DNA from: Lama guanicoe
Lineage: Eukaryota
NCBI GenBank assembly: GCA_013239625.1
Contig: MU054187.1
Location: forward strand, 4,351,757 to 4,415,756
Length of the DNA stretch: 64,000 nt
Reading direction: 5' to 3'
The notes beneath the pieces were generated by a model. It ran no database searches. It saw only the letters and a list, made by a program, of their open reading frames with translations, and was not told the origin of the DNA. The position numbers and the translations under genes were made by a program. This document shows, one piece after another, positions 25,148 through 36,639 of this stretch (position 1 is its first letter; the number at the start of each line of letters is the position of its first letter).

Positions 25148-25939
25148 ACGGTGTGCCAATAGTCTCGTGAAAAAAATACTCGTATAATCATTTGTCATCA
25201 GGATAATCCCAATTAAAGTCACAAAGAGTTACCACTATACACCCACTAAAATGATTAAAATTAAAAAGATTGACACTGTCAAGTGTTGACAAAGTTGTGG
25301 GGCCATTAGGACAGCTGCACATTTCTGTTAAGACTACAAAATGGTGTAAACACTTTGGAAACCAGTTTGGCAGTTCCTTATAAAGTGTGACATATACTTA
25401 CCATGACTCAGCAATTCAATTCCTAGGTATTTGCCCAAAGAAATGAAAATGTATGTTCCCACAGAGATCTGTACTTGAACGTTCAACAGCTGAGTCATAA
25501 TAGCCAGAACTGTTTGATAATAGCTGAATGGGTAAACAAATTACGGTGTGCTTAGGTCACAGAATGCTGTTTGGTAATGAAAACAGAAGAGCAAGGATAC
25601 ACCCAGCAGCAAGGACGGAGCTGCAGGAACTGTGCTGAGCGAGGGTCGTCAGACACGGAAGGGCGGGCGCTGCCGAGTCTCACCTTATGAAAGTGCAGTG
25701 AGGCAAAAACAACATATGGTAACAGAAAGCAAATCAGCGCATTCCTAAGGTTTGCAGGTCAGGTGGGGACTGACTTTATTTGGGCAAGAGGGAGCTTTCG
25801 GTGGGTGACGGAAAGGGTAGTAAGGGTAGAAATCACATGCTTGAATATACTTGTCAAAAATGTGCTCTTAAGATGGATGTATTTTGTTGTATGTAAGTTA
25901 GATCTCAGTAAAGCTGATTTCTTAGAAGTGTATGTACAA

Positions 25940-26100
25940 GGCGGGAGGGCATAGCTCAGTGGTAGAGTGTGTGCTTAGCAAGCACGAGGTCCTGGTTTGA
26001 ATCCCCAGTCCCTCCACTAAAAATAAACAAACAAACAAACAAACAAACCCTCCCCAGCCCCCAAACAAAGTGTATGAACAGAAAGAGAAAAAAAAAATCC
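25940..26100 (+). mobile_element. tRNA-derived SINE (Vic-1-like)
   Basis: tRNA-like head, (AAAC)n, imperfect TSD AGAAGT(GT)ATGTACA (25924-25938 / 26101-26113). Confidence 0.9.
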
Positions 26101-26562
26101 AGAAGTATGTACATCAGCATTGTGTTGCCTAGATGGACACGGGTGAATTTTACTCTCTTCTGTGTAATCCAGTATTCCCATTATTCTATATAATGTTAAT
26201 GATAAAAAAGGATGAAAATAAAAATGAAATTCATTTATTTAAAAAAAAATAGAAGCCACGTGTGTGCTCTTCTCATCCCCATAGTAATTTTCTTACCTTT
26301 TCGTGAGAGCAAGGACAGGTTTTTTCACCTCCTACTCCCCTTAATTGGGCTGTAGACACTCTAGTCCAGGAGCGGCGCCTGAGCCCAGCAACCCGAGTCA
26401 CGGCTGGTGGACTGAACGGAAGTGTCAGATTCACGTTGGTCACCAGCCATGCTTACTGCCTAGCCTGCTGTGTCTTGAGCACCATTTAGAACTTTCTCCA
26501 TCAATGCCCTTTTTCTGGCCCTTCACTTTTGCCCTCTGCCTGGTTTTATAGCTCTGTAGCAT

Positions 26563-26970
26563 GTGTCAATGAAAAACCAAGCTGGGCAGGAATTAAAGTG
26601 GTTAAAAAAAAAAGAAAGAAAAAGGTCTTACTTGGAAACTATTGCAATAGGGGAAAAGAAGTCTCAGGAGAGAACTAGGCTCAACTCCAAACACAATGAG
26701 GAAAAGTGGGGATTTGTAGCTAAGAAGCAGGGTGAGAATTACTAAGGCATCAAGGGTGAGGGGGATTCTGGCGACACCGACCTGACAGTATTCCTGCAGA
26801 AGGCAGGCCAGGGAGATCACGGATCACCTGGGGCCAGCGGACGACGAGGAATTGGCTCAGATGCTGGCAGCAAGGCATTCCCACTAAACCGACTTGGCAG
26901 GATTCTTGCTCTTGAGATCTGGCCCAAGGATGGCCTAGGGAAAGAAGGGCTCAGAGGAGCCCAACTCAGG
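26563..26970 (-). mobile_element. ERV1-class solo LTR (MER31/MER67-like)
   Basis: ACTATTGCAATAGGGG, AAACCGACTTGGCAGGATTCTTGCT, AGGGCTCAGAGGAGCC resemble antisense MER31-type LTR. Confidence 0.6.
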
Positions 26971-27136
26971 CGTGGTGTTTGCCAGTGTCTTTTCTGTTTC
27001 GGGATGTGCCCCACATTGGCAGACTCTCCTTCCCTGTGAGACGCAGGCAGGTAACCGCCCCTGGAGGGACACCCCGGCTGCCATGACAACCTCCTCCCAG
27101 GCCCAGGCTGTTGTCCTTCCTGGAGCCCTGAGCATG

Positions 27137-27150
27137 GCGCCCCCTGCTGC
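27137..27150 (-). promoter_or_regulatory. CTCF core motif
   Basis: Minus strand GCAGCAGGGGGCGC, 13/14 to CCASYAGRKGGCRS. Confidence 0.5.
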
Positions 27151-30100
27151 TGAGAGAGCGCCCCATCTCCACAGGTCCTGACACAGGCTTCCAGGAAAGA
27201 ACCTCCAACCCGGGGAACACCACCTGCGCAGTGCCCTCCTCCCAGTCCTTTCACTCCTTAAGATTTCTTTTTCACTCCTTGGCTTGCTTCTGCCATTGTT
27301 GTTTGATTTTAGGAGACATTCCTTCCCCTACCTAGAAAGTCTGATGATAGATATTCAGTCCTTTCATGTCCCCATTCCTCTGGCAGGCAGAGCAGCCTAC
27401 ATTTGCATCACAAGCTCGTGGTGTGTGTCTCCTTCAGTAGAAGATAAAGGAAGTATCTAGTCCATCCTGTCCGGCACAGGAGGCTCGCCCGGGCCAGCGC
27501 GACAGGGATGACACGTTGAATCGGGGACAATGGGTGGATTCCCAGGCAGAGGAAGCCAGCCAGACGTGAGGCAGTGAGCTGGCAAAGGTCCCTGTGTGTC
27601 TCACCATCTCACTTCCCAGGGCTTCTGCCAATGTTATTATTATCATTATTATTTTTCAGTCATAGCCTTTTTACCATCACATCAACAAATTATCTCAAAG
27701 AATTGATGAAAAGGTGCAACTTTCAGAGAATGTAGTCAGGGGACTTGCACCCCTGCTCAGCTGTGCATCTGCTCCCAGGATGGTGTTGGGGAGCAGCAGA
27801 GAGGGGACAAAATCCTGGTGGCCCTGAGCCCCTGGTGTAGACAGCACTGATGGCTGTGATGAGCTCTGGACTACAGAAACTCCAGTCCAGGTGCCTGCGA
27901 AGTACTCCAGACATGTGCTTAACTGGAGGGGCGTAGTGACACTGACTCTGCATCTCCTCCACTAGAATGAACTTTCTTGGCTGTAAATATTTGCTTTGCT
28001 GTAGAAGGAAGACAAGGAAATGAAGTAATCTCTGTTGGACTCACATAGTTGCCTATGGACCAGCTGCTAAATAATCTTCAATTACTTTAGTTCCAACAGA
28101 AAAGGATGAAACTGGTTCAATTCCAGTGGGGAAATCAGTGGTGTCTGACATGCTGCCAATCTAGCAGGGTGACTGTCATATTCAATATCTGAGAAGAGCA
28201 TTTGTAAAGGATGCTGCGGGTCCTTGAACAGCGGGAAGATAAACCCTCGAGTCCTGCAGTGGGTCGTCTCCGGGACTGAGTGCTCTGGGCTGAGCAGGGG
28301 TTCATGGGAGAGAGGCGCGGCTGAAGAGAGGTCTGAAGATCACAAGGCTCCCCTCTTTCCCTTTGTATTTCCCATTTCACTGCAAGGGAAGGCTTTCCCA
28401 CATACCCTGTCTGTGCTCATGCCCCATCTATTACAACTAGAGCAGGAGCCGTTAACAGCTGCTAATCAGAGCTCTTGGGGACTCGGTGTGAGTGCTTCCC
28501 CCTCCTCAGCTCTTTTCTCTGAATCAGAGGGACATGTGGCACCATCATTAAGTTGATCAATGAGATTACCCTCTGTAAGTTCTTAACTAGGTATAAGTTA
28601 GAAATTCTATTCATTCATACGAAAACTGCCATTTTGCCTACAGTCTATGGCTTTAGTAATTAAATTAAATATTTTCAAGTCATGATCTTCATTTACATGA
28701 GGCCAGGAAATTCATTTATTCTGAAAAGGAGAGAAATACTGAACAATATAAATTTAAAATGTAATGCATTTTGGCTGACCAAAAAGTTTTCTGAGTATTT
28801 CCAGGAAGCAGGCTCATGACAAGGTTAGTTCTCAAGATAGATTAGAATGTCATGACATGGAAGTAAAATCAGAATCAAAATCCATGTATTATTTACCAAC
28901 TTTTCTATTTTGGTCTGACCCTATTTATTTGTGAGGGAGGGTAAAATCCGGGAAGGTCTTCTTCAGCAATCCTCCCTGAGAAACAAAACTAAAATTGTGT
29001 TTTTGAAACAATAATTCACAGATTTCTGAAAATGCTGAAGAATATTCAAATTTGTTCATTAAACTAATGAGACAAATAGGCTTGCTATGTTGACAACTTA
29101 AATGCGTCATTTTCATTTTCATGAAATTTGTGTCTTCATCCTGAGTGTGTAATAAGTAGCTGTTTTAGGATTGATTGGCCCTCATTATTGGGAAGGGCAA
29201 GGTGGGATATGGCTTTAGGACTGTGGTGACAATCTCTTACCTACGCCCCCAAAAAGGACGTCATCATTGGTCTAAGTCTTAAATACTGGTACTCTGAGCA
29301 GATGTTACTTGGAACGTTCTGTCCGCGTCTAGGATTCTTCTGTTTCACAAATCAATGAAATAAGACCTATTGTTGGAACAGTGTTCAGTGAGTCTGAATG
29401 CTCTGTGTTACTCACTGCTGCTCATTCTCTTCTGCCTGTTCAGATTTCTAAGATGATGCAATAATCAGAACCACTCTGATCTCCACAATAATTCTAAATA
29501 ATTGAGAAATAAGATAATGGAATAAGGCACATGAAGAATAAGGTGTAATTAGAGAATGTGGCTCGTATCCTCAGACAAATGGATACGAAACCTAAGGATT
29601 CATCCCAGGCAGAGAGGAATGAGAACCACTTGGGGCTAAGACAGGCTTTCCCTTCACCAGCCCCTACATACTTCTCCCCCACAGAGCCTTCCCCTAGAGG
29701 GGTGGTCGTGAAGAATGCTTATTCCTTCTCAGTAGCAAGTCACAAATGAAGGTAGCTAGGCTCCATGCTCCTATTTTCCTTCCCAAATCACCCAATGGCC
29801 CACTCCACTTCTCTGGGATTGATTAAGAGACACAGAAGTAGATTGATGTTTTCCATCGGGAAGGGCACGTCGAGATGGAATCATCTTCCAATGCTGTCCT
29901 TGGGACGACTGCAGGCAGGTTTGCCCTATGTCAAGGGTTGGGGGTGTGTGTGTCATTTTCATTGCTTAATCCAAGGAAAGCAAGTAGGCTTCATCGTGCA
30001 TGGTAAATCTAGATTCTGGAACAGTCTTCCTGGAGCACTAGCTGTTCAGGATGGTGAAGATGTGTGTGCGCCCTGTGGTAAAGAGTATCTCGATGAAGGA

Positions 30101-30509
30101 TTAGTGATGTCTGCCAGAGAGAGGCATGGGACGGTGAGTGACTATGTCTCCAGTTTCCCATCTTAACCCCTGGGGCTATGAATGAGGCTCTGTGAAATCA
30201 GGAACCATCCCAGGAAATGTGGAGAAGTTGCACAACCTGGATTCCAAATCCTACTCTTGTAATTGTTCTCCCCAAAATGTTTTTATGATGTTGTTCTGCA
30301 ATTCAGAAACACTCAGAGGCATCCCGCTGTCTGGGCTACAGGTCACATACCTGCTTCTACATCAGCCTTCTCCCCCCAGGACCTTCTCAGGACTCTTCCG
30401 TGCCAGTCAACACAGGCTGCTTTCTCTCCCATAAAAATGCAGTGATCAGCCTCTGCAGAACCTTCTAGCTCTTACCCGTGGAGCGTGGTTACAAATCAAG
30501 TAACTTATG

Positions 30510-31208
30510 TGCTATGATCTGAATGTTTACATGTCCCCCTCAAATTCCTATGTTGAAATCTTCATTCTAAGTGAAATAAGCCAGAAAGAGAAAGAAAAAA
30601 ATGCCATATGAAATCACTTATAAGTGGAGTCTTAAAAAAAAAAGACACAAATGAACTTATTTACAAAACAGAAACAGACTCACAGTTACCAGAGGGTAAA
30701 GTGGGTGGGAAGAGATAAGCTGGGAATTCGGAAATTTGCACTCTTAGGGAGAGATGGAAATATTAGCTTTCATCTTGATTGTGGCGGTGGTTTCATAGAT
30801 GTGTACATCTATCAAAATTCATCAAATTGTACATCTGAAATATGAGTCATTTAAAGAAATTATACCACAATAAAGTTGTTAAAAAAAAAAGAAATCTTAG
30901 CCCCCAGTGTGATGATATCAGGAGGCGGGGCCTTTGATGGGTGATGAGATCCTAAGAGTGGTGCCCTCATGAACGAGATTAGTGTTTTTATGAAAGAAAC
31001 CCCACAGAGACCCTTTGCCCTCCACCAGGTTAGGGCCCAGCAAGAGGTTGTAAGCTGTGAACCAGGAAGAGCGCTCTCACCAGAAGGCAGCCATGCTCGG
31101 TGCCTTGATCTTGGGCTTCCAGCCTCCAGAATTGTGAGAAGCAAGTTTCTGTTACTTATAAGCCACCCAATCTATGGTATTTTTGTTACAACAGCCCAGA
31201 TAAAGACA
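30510..31208 (+). mobile_element. MaLR LTR (MLT1A-like) split by an L1-derived insertion (30563-30890)
   Basis: TGCTATGATCTGAATGTT...TATGTTGAAATC | TTAGCCCCCAGTGTGATG...ACAGCCCAGATAAAGACA; TSD GAAATCTT at 30555-30562 / 30891-30898. Confidence 0.85.
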
Positions 31209-32476
31209 CCATGAATCCTTCGAGGCTGGTTGAATACATGTACACTTTTCCTGGGGGACGGTTCATGGCTTTCATTAGACTTTTCAAAAGATCTGGATCC
31301 AAAAGACAAACAGTCCACGCGTCACAGTTCCCGGCACAGATACTGGGCGTATCTCAGTCCCAGCACGGCAGGCTTTCCCAAAACATCCTCTTTGTCACGA
31401 ATACTTCCACCTGGACTACTTTCCCCCATGGAAGCCTGTCGAAGGTATTGTGTCACAGGAGGAGCAGGGAGATACTGTGTGTGTCCTGAGAGATGGAGGT
31501 GGCCCCTTACCCCGCTGGCTACGATCCTAGCTTCACCTATCAACCGCTATAGCGATGGCCCTGACTCTGCTCGGATTCCTGCCAACACCACTGGTCCCAG
31601 GACCTGGCTTTTGGAAACATCCAGTGCCCCTGCTCACTGAGAACTCCTCAGTTCTGCTTTGCTACCAGTCAGCCCGATTGAGCCATTCCCAGTAGGCGCC
31701 TGGGTGGATTCTGGTGGTGCTGAGTTTCCCCCAGAACTGTCAGTACACGGGGTAGACACAGAAGGGAGTTCTGGCTGAAGTGGGTCTCCCTCGAGTTCAC
31801 GAAACCTTCCAGTAGGTCAGCAATGCCTGCTCTCAAGTGTCTGCTACTGTTCATGGGTGCAATTTTTAACACAGGGAAGAAAGCAAACCCCTGTTTACCC
31901 AGGTTCTCCACCCTTTTGGAGCTCCAAAAAGTCCCCAGGCTGGCCTTTAACTGGGCTGCTTTCTCCAGGCATCTTCTCAAAGTGTGGGCTGTAAAAGCGG
32001 TAACTAAGCTATGGGAGGGAGCCAAAATCTGCCCTTTTCCCCTCCTGACTTTCTAAGATTTCCTATTTTTCCACCCAGATAGAAGAATTACTGGAAAAAC
32101 TCTTACTGTAATGTTTTCCATTTCTTTGTATGTCATCCAAACTCAGAAATAGAAGATGGTTGTTTGTGGAAACTTGAAAACAAAGGAAAACAAAACAAAA
32201 ACCCACTTTCTGCGATCGCCAGTTGATGACTCCCAGACCTTTGCCAATCTTTTTAAGCCACCATTTTTTAAAGTACTTCATTCTGGAAAAAGAATCAAAG
32301 AAATGTTTCATGCCATTTGAATTTCAGAGACAGGCTAGAGGAAAAAGGGGAAGGCATATGCATCTGAAAATTGATTCAAATTGTTCTCCAGATTCTCTGA
32401 TTCTCTCCTTCCTTCTGTACCTTACTTGAAGTGAAATTTTCATTGACAGTCAAATCTTGGTTCATAACGGGCATAG

Positions 32477-32865
32477 GCTGAAACAGCCATGGTTTTGGTT
32501 TTTTTTTTCTGTCTCTATTTTTCCCTTTTTCTTGTCCTTTGGCTCCTCCTCTGACCAACTCCACCCCAAGTCTAAATTATTTAGTTCTCAAATTATTTAG
32601 TCACTATAATGTTCCCTCCATGCCTACAGGTTTCTTTTTTCTAAGCCCCTTATAGGAGCTGACCAAGCTTCAGCTGAAACAGTGGTTTTGGTTTTTTTTT
32701 TTCTGTCTCTATTTTTCCCTTTTTCTTGTCCTTTGGCTCCTCCTCTGACCAACTCCACCCCAAGTCTAAATTATTTAGTTCTCAAATTATTTAGTCACTA
32801 TAATGTTCCCTCCATGCCTACAGGTTTCTTTTTTCTAAGCCCCTTATAGGAGCTGACCAAGCTTC
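32477..32865. repeat. Direct tandem duplication, 2 x ~195 bp
   Basis: 32477-32671 and 32673-32865 near identical; copy 2 lacks CCA after GCTGAAACAG and differs slightly in T-run length. Confidence 0.95.
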
Positions 32866-35800
32866 CTCCGGATTCAGCGAGGAGAGAAGGACATTGCAGT
32901 CCTGTCGTGTCCACCTCGTGAGCAGGGAGGTAATTGCTCCCATCCACTCTCCAGAAAACAAGGTTAATTCTTAAGTTCATTTTGGTGCAAGGAATTTAAC
33001 TCTCAGTGAAAGATGGGAGAAGCCAAATCGGCAGAACTAGTGGATTCTGTGGAAGTTTATCTGCAAGCAGAATCGTCCCCCCTGCACTCACATACCCCTG
33101 GCCAAGTCCCTGCTCCCACTTGAGTTCTTAATTCAGGACTTGGAAAGTTCTGAGGGAGTATCTTCTACCCTACATCCTCAGGAATGCGTCTAGTAATAAC
33201 TTCCTCACCCCAAGGAAGCAAGTCAGGCACAGCTGAACTTGGAAATTTTTCAAATCAGAACTCTCTTACTTGAAACTGAAGCTTCCAAAAATCTCATCGA
33301 ATCAAATTCATGAATTTTCACTTACAGAAGTGGCAGATTCTTTTGTCTCAAATCATGCCATTTGAAAATGTAATTTGGACTTCTTAGTTAGAGAGAATGA
33401 GTAATAAGTTAATTTGCTTGCTTACAAAGTTTATGTCATGTTTCTTAATGATACTAACAAGTGTTCTGCGCTAGAAACATTAGTAAGTTAAACGAATGGT
33501 CCTCTTCTGTTTTCATTTCAGTCATTTAGTAGAAAAGAAAAGTAAGTTGAGAGATCTTAAGTTACACTCAAATAACAGAAAAAAATATTTTCAAGGGATC
33601 TCTTAGGTAGAAATGTTGATGTACTGGTTCTTAGCTAAGTAGAATCCACTTATGGAAATATTTTTAATGGTTTGTGAAACATCATTAAATTTAGGAGAAC
33701 ACTCTTGGGTAAAATCAAAGTATCAGATGGCAATACCTACCTTCACTTATATGATTATTATTGTACTGACCTTTAAATCAATATTTCTACATAAAGAAGA
33801 AAGAAGTTTCCCTGAGTAATAATACATTCTCAAGACTTACTCTTAATTTTTTTATATCTGAATGTCATTTTCCAGACCTAATTAAGGCAGATAATGACAG
33901 AGTTAGTCGTGAGACTTGCTATTACAAATTGAGCATGTTGTGGTTGAGTTTGAAGTTTTAAAATTCCTCTCCAGAGTCACGTTTCACAAATCTGGAATTT
34001 GATGCACTTAAAGACGATGCAATTTTTAAAGTGGATGCCAACAGCACAGTCTGATTAATATTTACCAAATATTTTTCAAACTAAAGAGTCATTTATATAG
34101 TGTGGTGAAAATTTGCAATTCAAATATAAGGATACGTCCTAACTCTGACCATATACAAGGATTTCGTAAACAGACTCTGCAGAGGTCAGCTTGCATTTAC
34201 AAACCTTTCCCAGGAAACTTCGCGTAGCCCTGTGCAGTTTTGGAACTTCTGTGGTTCCCTGATCTACAGCTGAAGTTCAGCAGGGGAAGGGTCCTTACAA
34301 ATTTCTCCATTTCAGAACTGTCTCTGGGAAATGGGGAAATGATAAATAACCTCCAAATGAGCTGATTGACCTCTAGGTCGGGCGTCACCGTATTCAGAAT
34401 TCAGACGCAGTTGTGAAGAGTTTTCTAAATAGCTTATAATAATTCCACCACCGTGCAGACCCAATCGTGTTAGGAAGTCAAAGAAGAGTAGTAGGAACAA
34501 ACATGCATTTGTGAATATCTAACCTCGTTTCCAACCTGAGAAGCAAAAAGTAACTTGCTTATGTGGGTCATTTTTGTTTGATATCTATTCTTTAACAGCA
34601 TATTCAGAGAGTCCTTAGTATTTCGAGAAAGTCACTGCACTTAGTGGCCAGATAGTGTAGGCACGTGTGTGCTGTGTAAATTTGTAGGAACTTCTGGCTG
34701 ATGAGTTGTAAGCAAGCGCACTAAGAAACCCTGCTCTGTTGCGTCACATCAGCATCAAGGACATGTATTGAAAAGCCTTATTCTTTAACGATAAAGAGCT
34801 TGAGACTTTGTGTTTAAAAACCATGTCAAGGACCTAGAAAAACAAAATAAAGAAGCTGTACTCTGGGGCAGACCAGAATGGTGAGCCTCACTTCAGTCTG
34901 GGAACAAGGAATTCTTGTCCTTCTCTGACAGAATCTGCCATAATCTTCCCACTTTTATTAGAACTAGACAAAACCCTGTTCATTCACCCAACAGGGTGTA
35001 TGTAAGATCTGCTCCTACACTGGTGGCTGTGTTTCCAAATGCAGGTCTTTCTTGCCCAGCAGGTGTAATAAATTCAGTTCTCTTTTAGTTGTCTTGTATT
35101 CTTATTTTTTGTTTGTTTGTTTTGTTTTGTTGAGGATTTGTATTCTTTTTAACACTTGTTCTATGAAATGTATTTGGCCAGACTTTTATGTGCTTGTATA
35201 ATCGTGATGGAGACAGAAAACTTGGAGCACAAAGACACCTTAATGATACCTGCTTGCTATTAAGCCAATCTCTTAAACCTCTGAACTATTGCTCAGATCC
35301 AAACAGAGGTAAATATTCACAGGATTGTCATTATGCCTGAATGGATTAAAAATGCAGAAATATTTTGTAAATTAAAAAAGGATTTTACAATTATTATTAT
35401 TGTATCAAATGCATTTACTATATTTTTTCTTAGACTATATCACGAAGAGAAAGAAAAGTTAATACTACGGTAGTAGACTTTATGAAAACACCTATGGATT
35501 TAAAATACTTACTTCTCACTTTTGAAGTAGCTGCTATGTTTCAAGACCCTGAAATTCATTAACTTGGAAAAAGGATGCACAGAAATTTGTAACATTTGAA
35601 AACTGTCAGTTTAAAAGCATTAATTGCCTTCCCACATCATCCTAGATATTAGAGTGGAGGTAGAGCTGTGCACACAAGATGGCTCCTAATCTCAAATAAT
35701 GCACAGTCTATTTAAGCAGATAAAACCAATGCATACAGAACAGAGAATAATGCAGTACTAAATGCCATGATCCAGACTAAAGTTAATGTGAATTCAAATA

Positions 35801-36149
35801 AACCAGGATAAATGAAAAATTAGCATTCTTTGGCACTATTTAAAAAAGGAGAATCTCAGTAAGAAGAGAAAGAAATCCATCAAACTACGAGAAATACCGC
35901 CTGAATCAGACTGAAGGTATTATGAGAAAGAGTCATTCTGAACCTCAGTCACACGCCATAGAAAATTAGACTTTCATGATGCACTGTATAATTATTTTTG
36001 TCTTTAAAAAATCCTTGAAATAGTTAATAAAATACTCTTAGAGGAAGAAAGTCTTACTATTTCGGTGAATGAAGAAGCTGATTAAGCAAGGAGAAAGTAT
36101 TAGGGGTTGACAGTGTTACACAGTCATCTTCCAGTGGACTAGTCTCTGT

Positions 36150-36320
36150 AACCTTGATTCTCAAACCTTAAAAATCATATTAAAATGCAGGCGCCCAGTC
36201 CTCAAATCCTAGACCTACCGAATCAGAATGTCTGGGAGGTGGTTGCCATCCTGAATATTTAGTAAACACCCTGCAGAGTCCTGTACAGTTAGTCTAGGGA
36301 AAATTCAGGGAGAAACACAG
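36150..36320 (+). mobile_element. MER5-like hAT MITE
   Basis: TTCTCAAACCTT...TAAAATGCAG...CCTAGACCTACCGAATCAGAAT. Confidence 0.6.
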
Positions 36321-36639
36321 CTCTAAGAAGTGAAAAGAATTCATCAGAACACAGGCTCTTACCACTTAAAGGAGTAAAGTTTACTTTACAAGTTCGAAAA
36401 AATATTTTATTTAATGGACAGGATTAGAAATATTTACCCAGCTTTTAGAGAAAATATGCATATCTTCACACAGGGCATTTGTAAATGCTCACCACATTCG
36501 CGTCATATGGGTTACAAGGTAGGTTTATTTAAAAAAAGTAAAAAAAAATTTAGAGTTACGTTTGGAAATTTTTAATTATACTTTTAAATAATTTTAATTT
36601 TTATTTTAAATTGATATTTAAATAAATAATGTAAATATT

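Larger units (their letters stand above)
24195..25920 (+). mobile_element. Old L1 ORF2 3' half and 3' UTR, degraded, with a nested SINE and (CA)n
   Basis: ORF2 remnant LIYRFNVVLIKILAGFIAEIGKLILKCLWQCKGP (ORF 24165); ACTTTGGAAACCAGTTTGGCAGTT; CAGCAATTCAATTCCTAGGTATTTGCCCAAAG. Confidence 0.85.

Noticed and set aside
33738..33880. Extra minus-strand micro-exons separated by ~30-55-nt gaps (also near 32174-32206 and 28977-29019)
   Set aside because: The implied introns are shorter than typical mammalian minimum size; likely chance splice-like motifs.
33326..34330. Short peptide resemblances to RGSL1 (FETK, SEMEKF) in minus-strand translations
   Set aside because: Very short, recalled from memory and in non-colinear order, so no gene identity is assigned.
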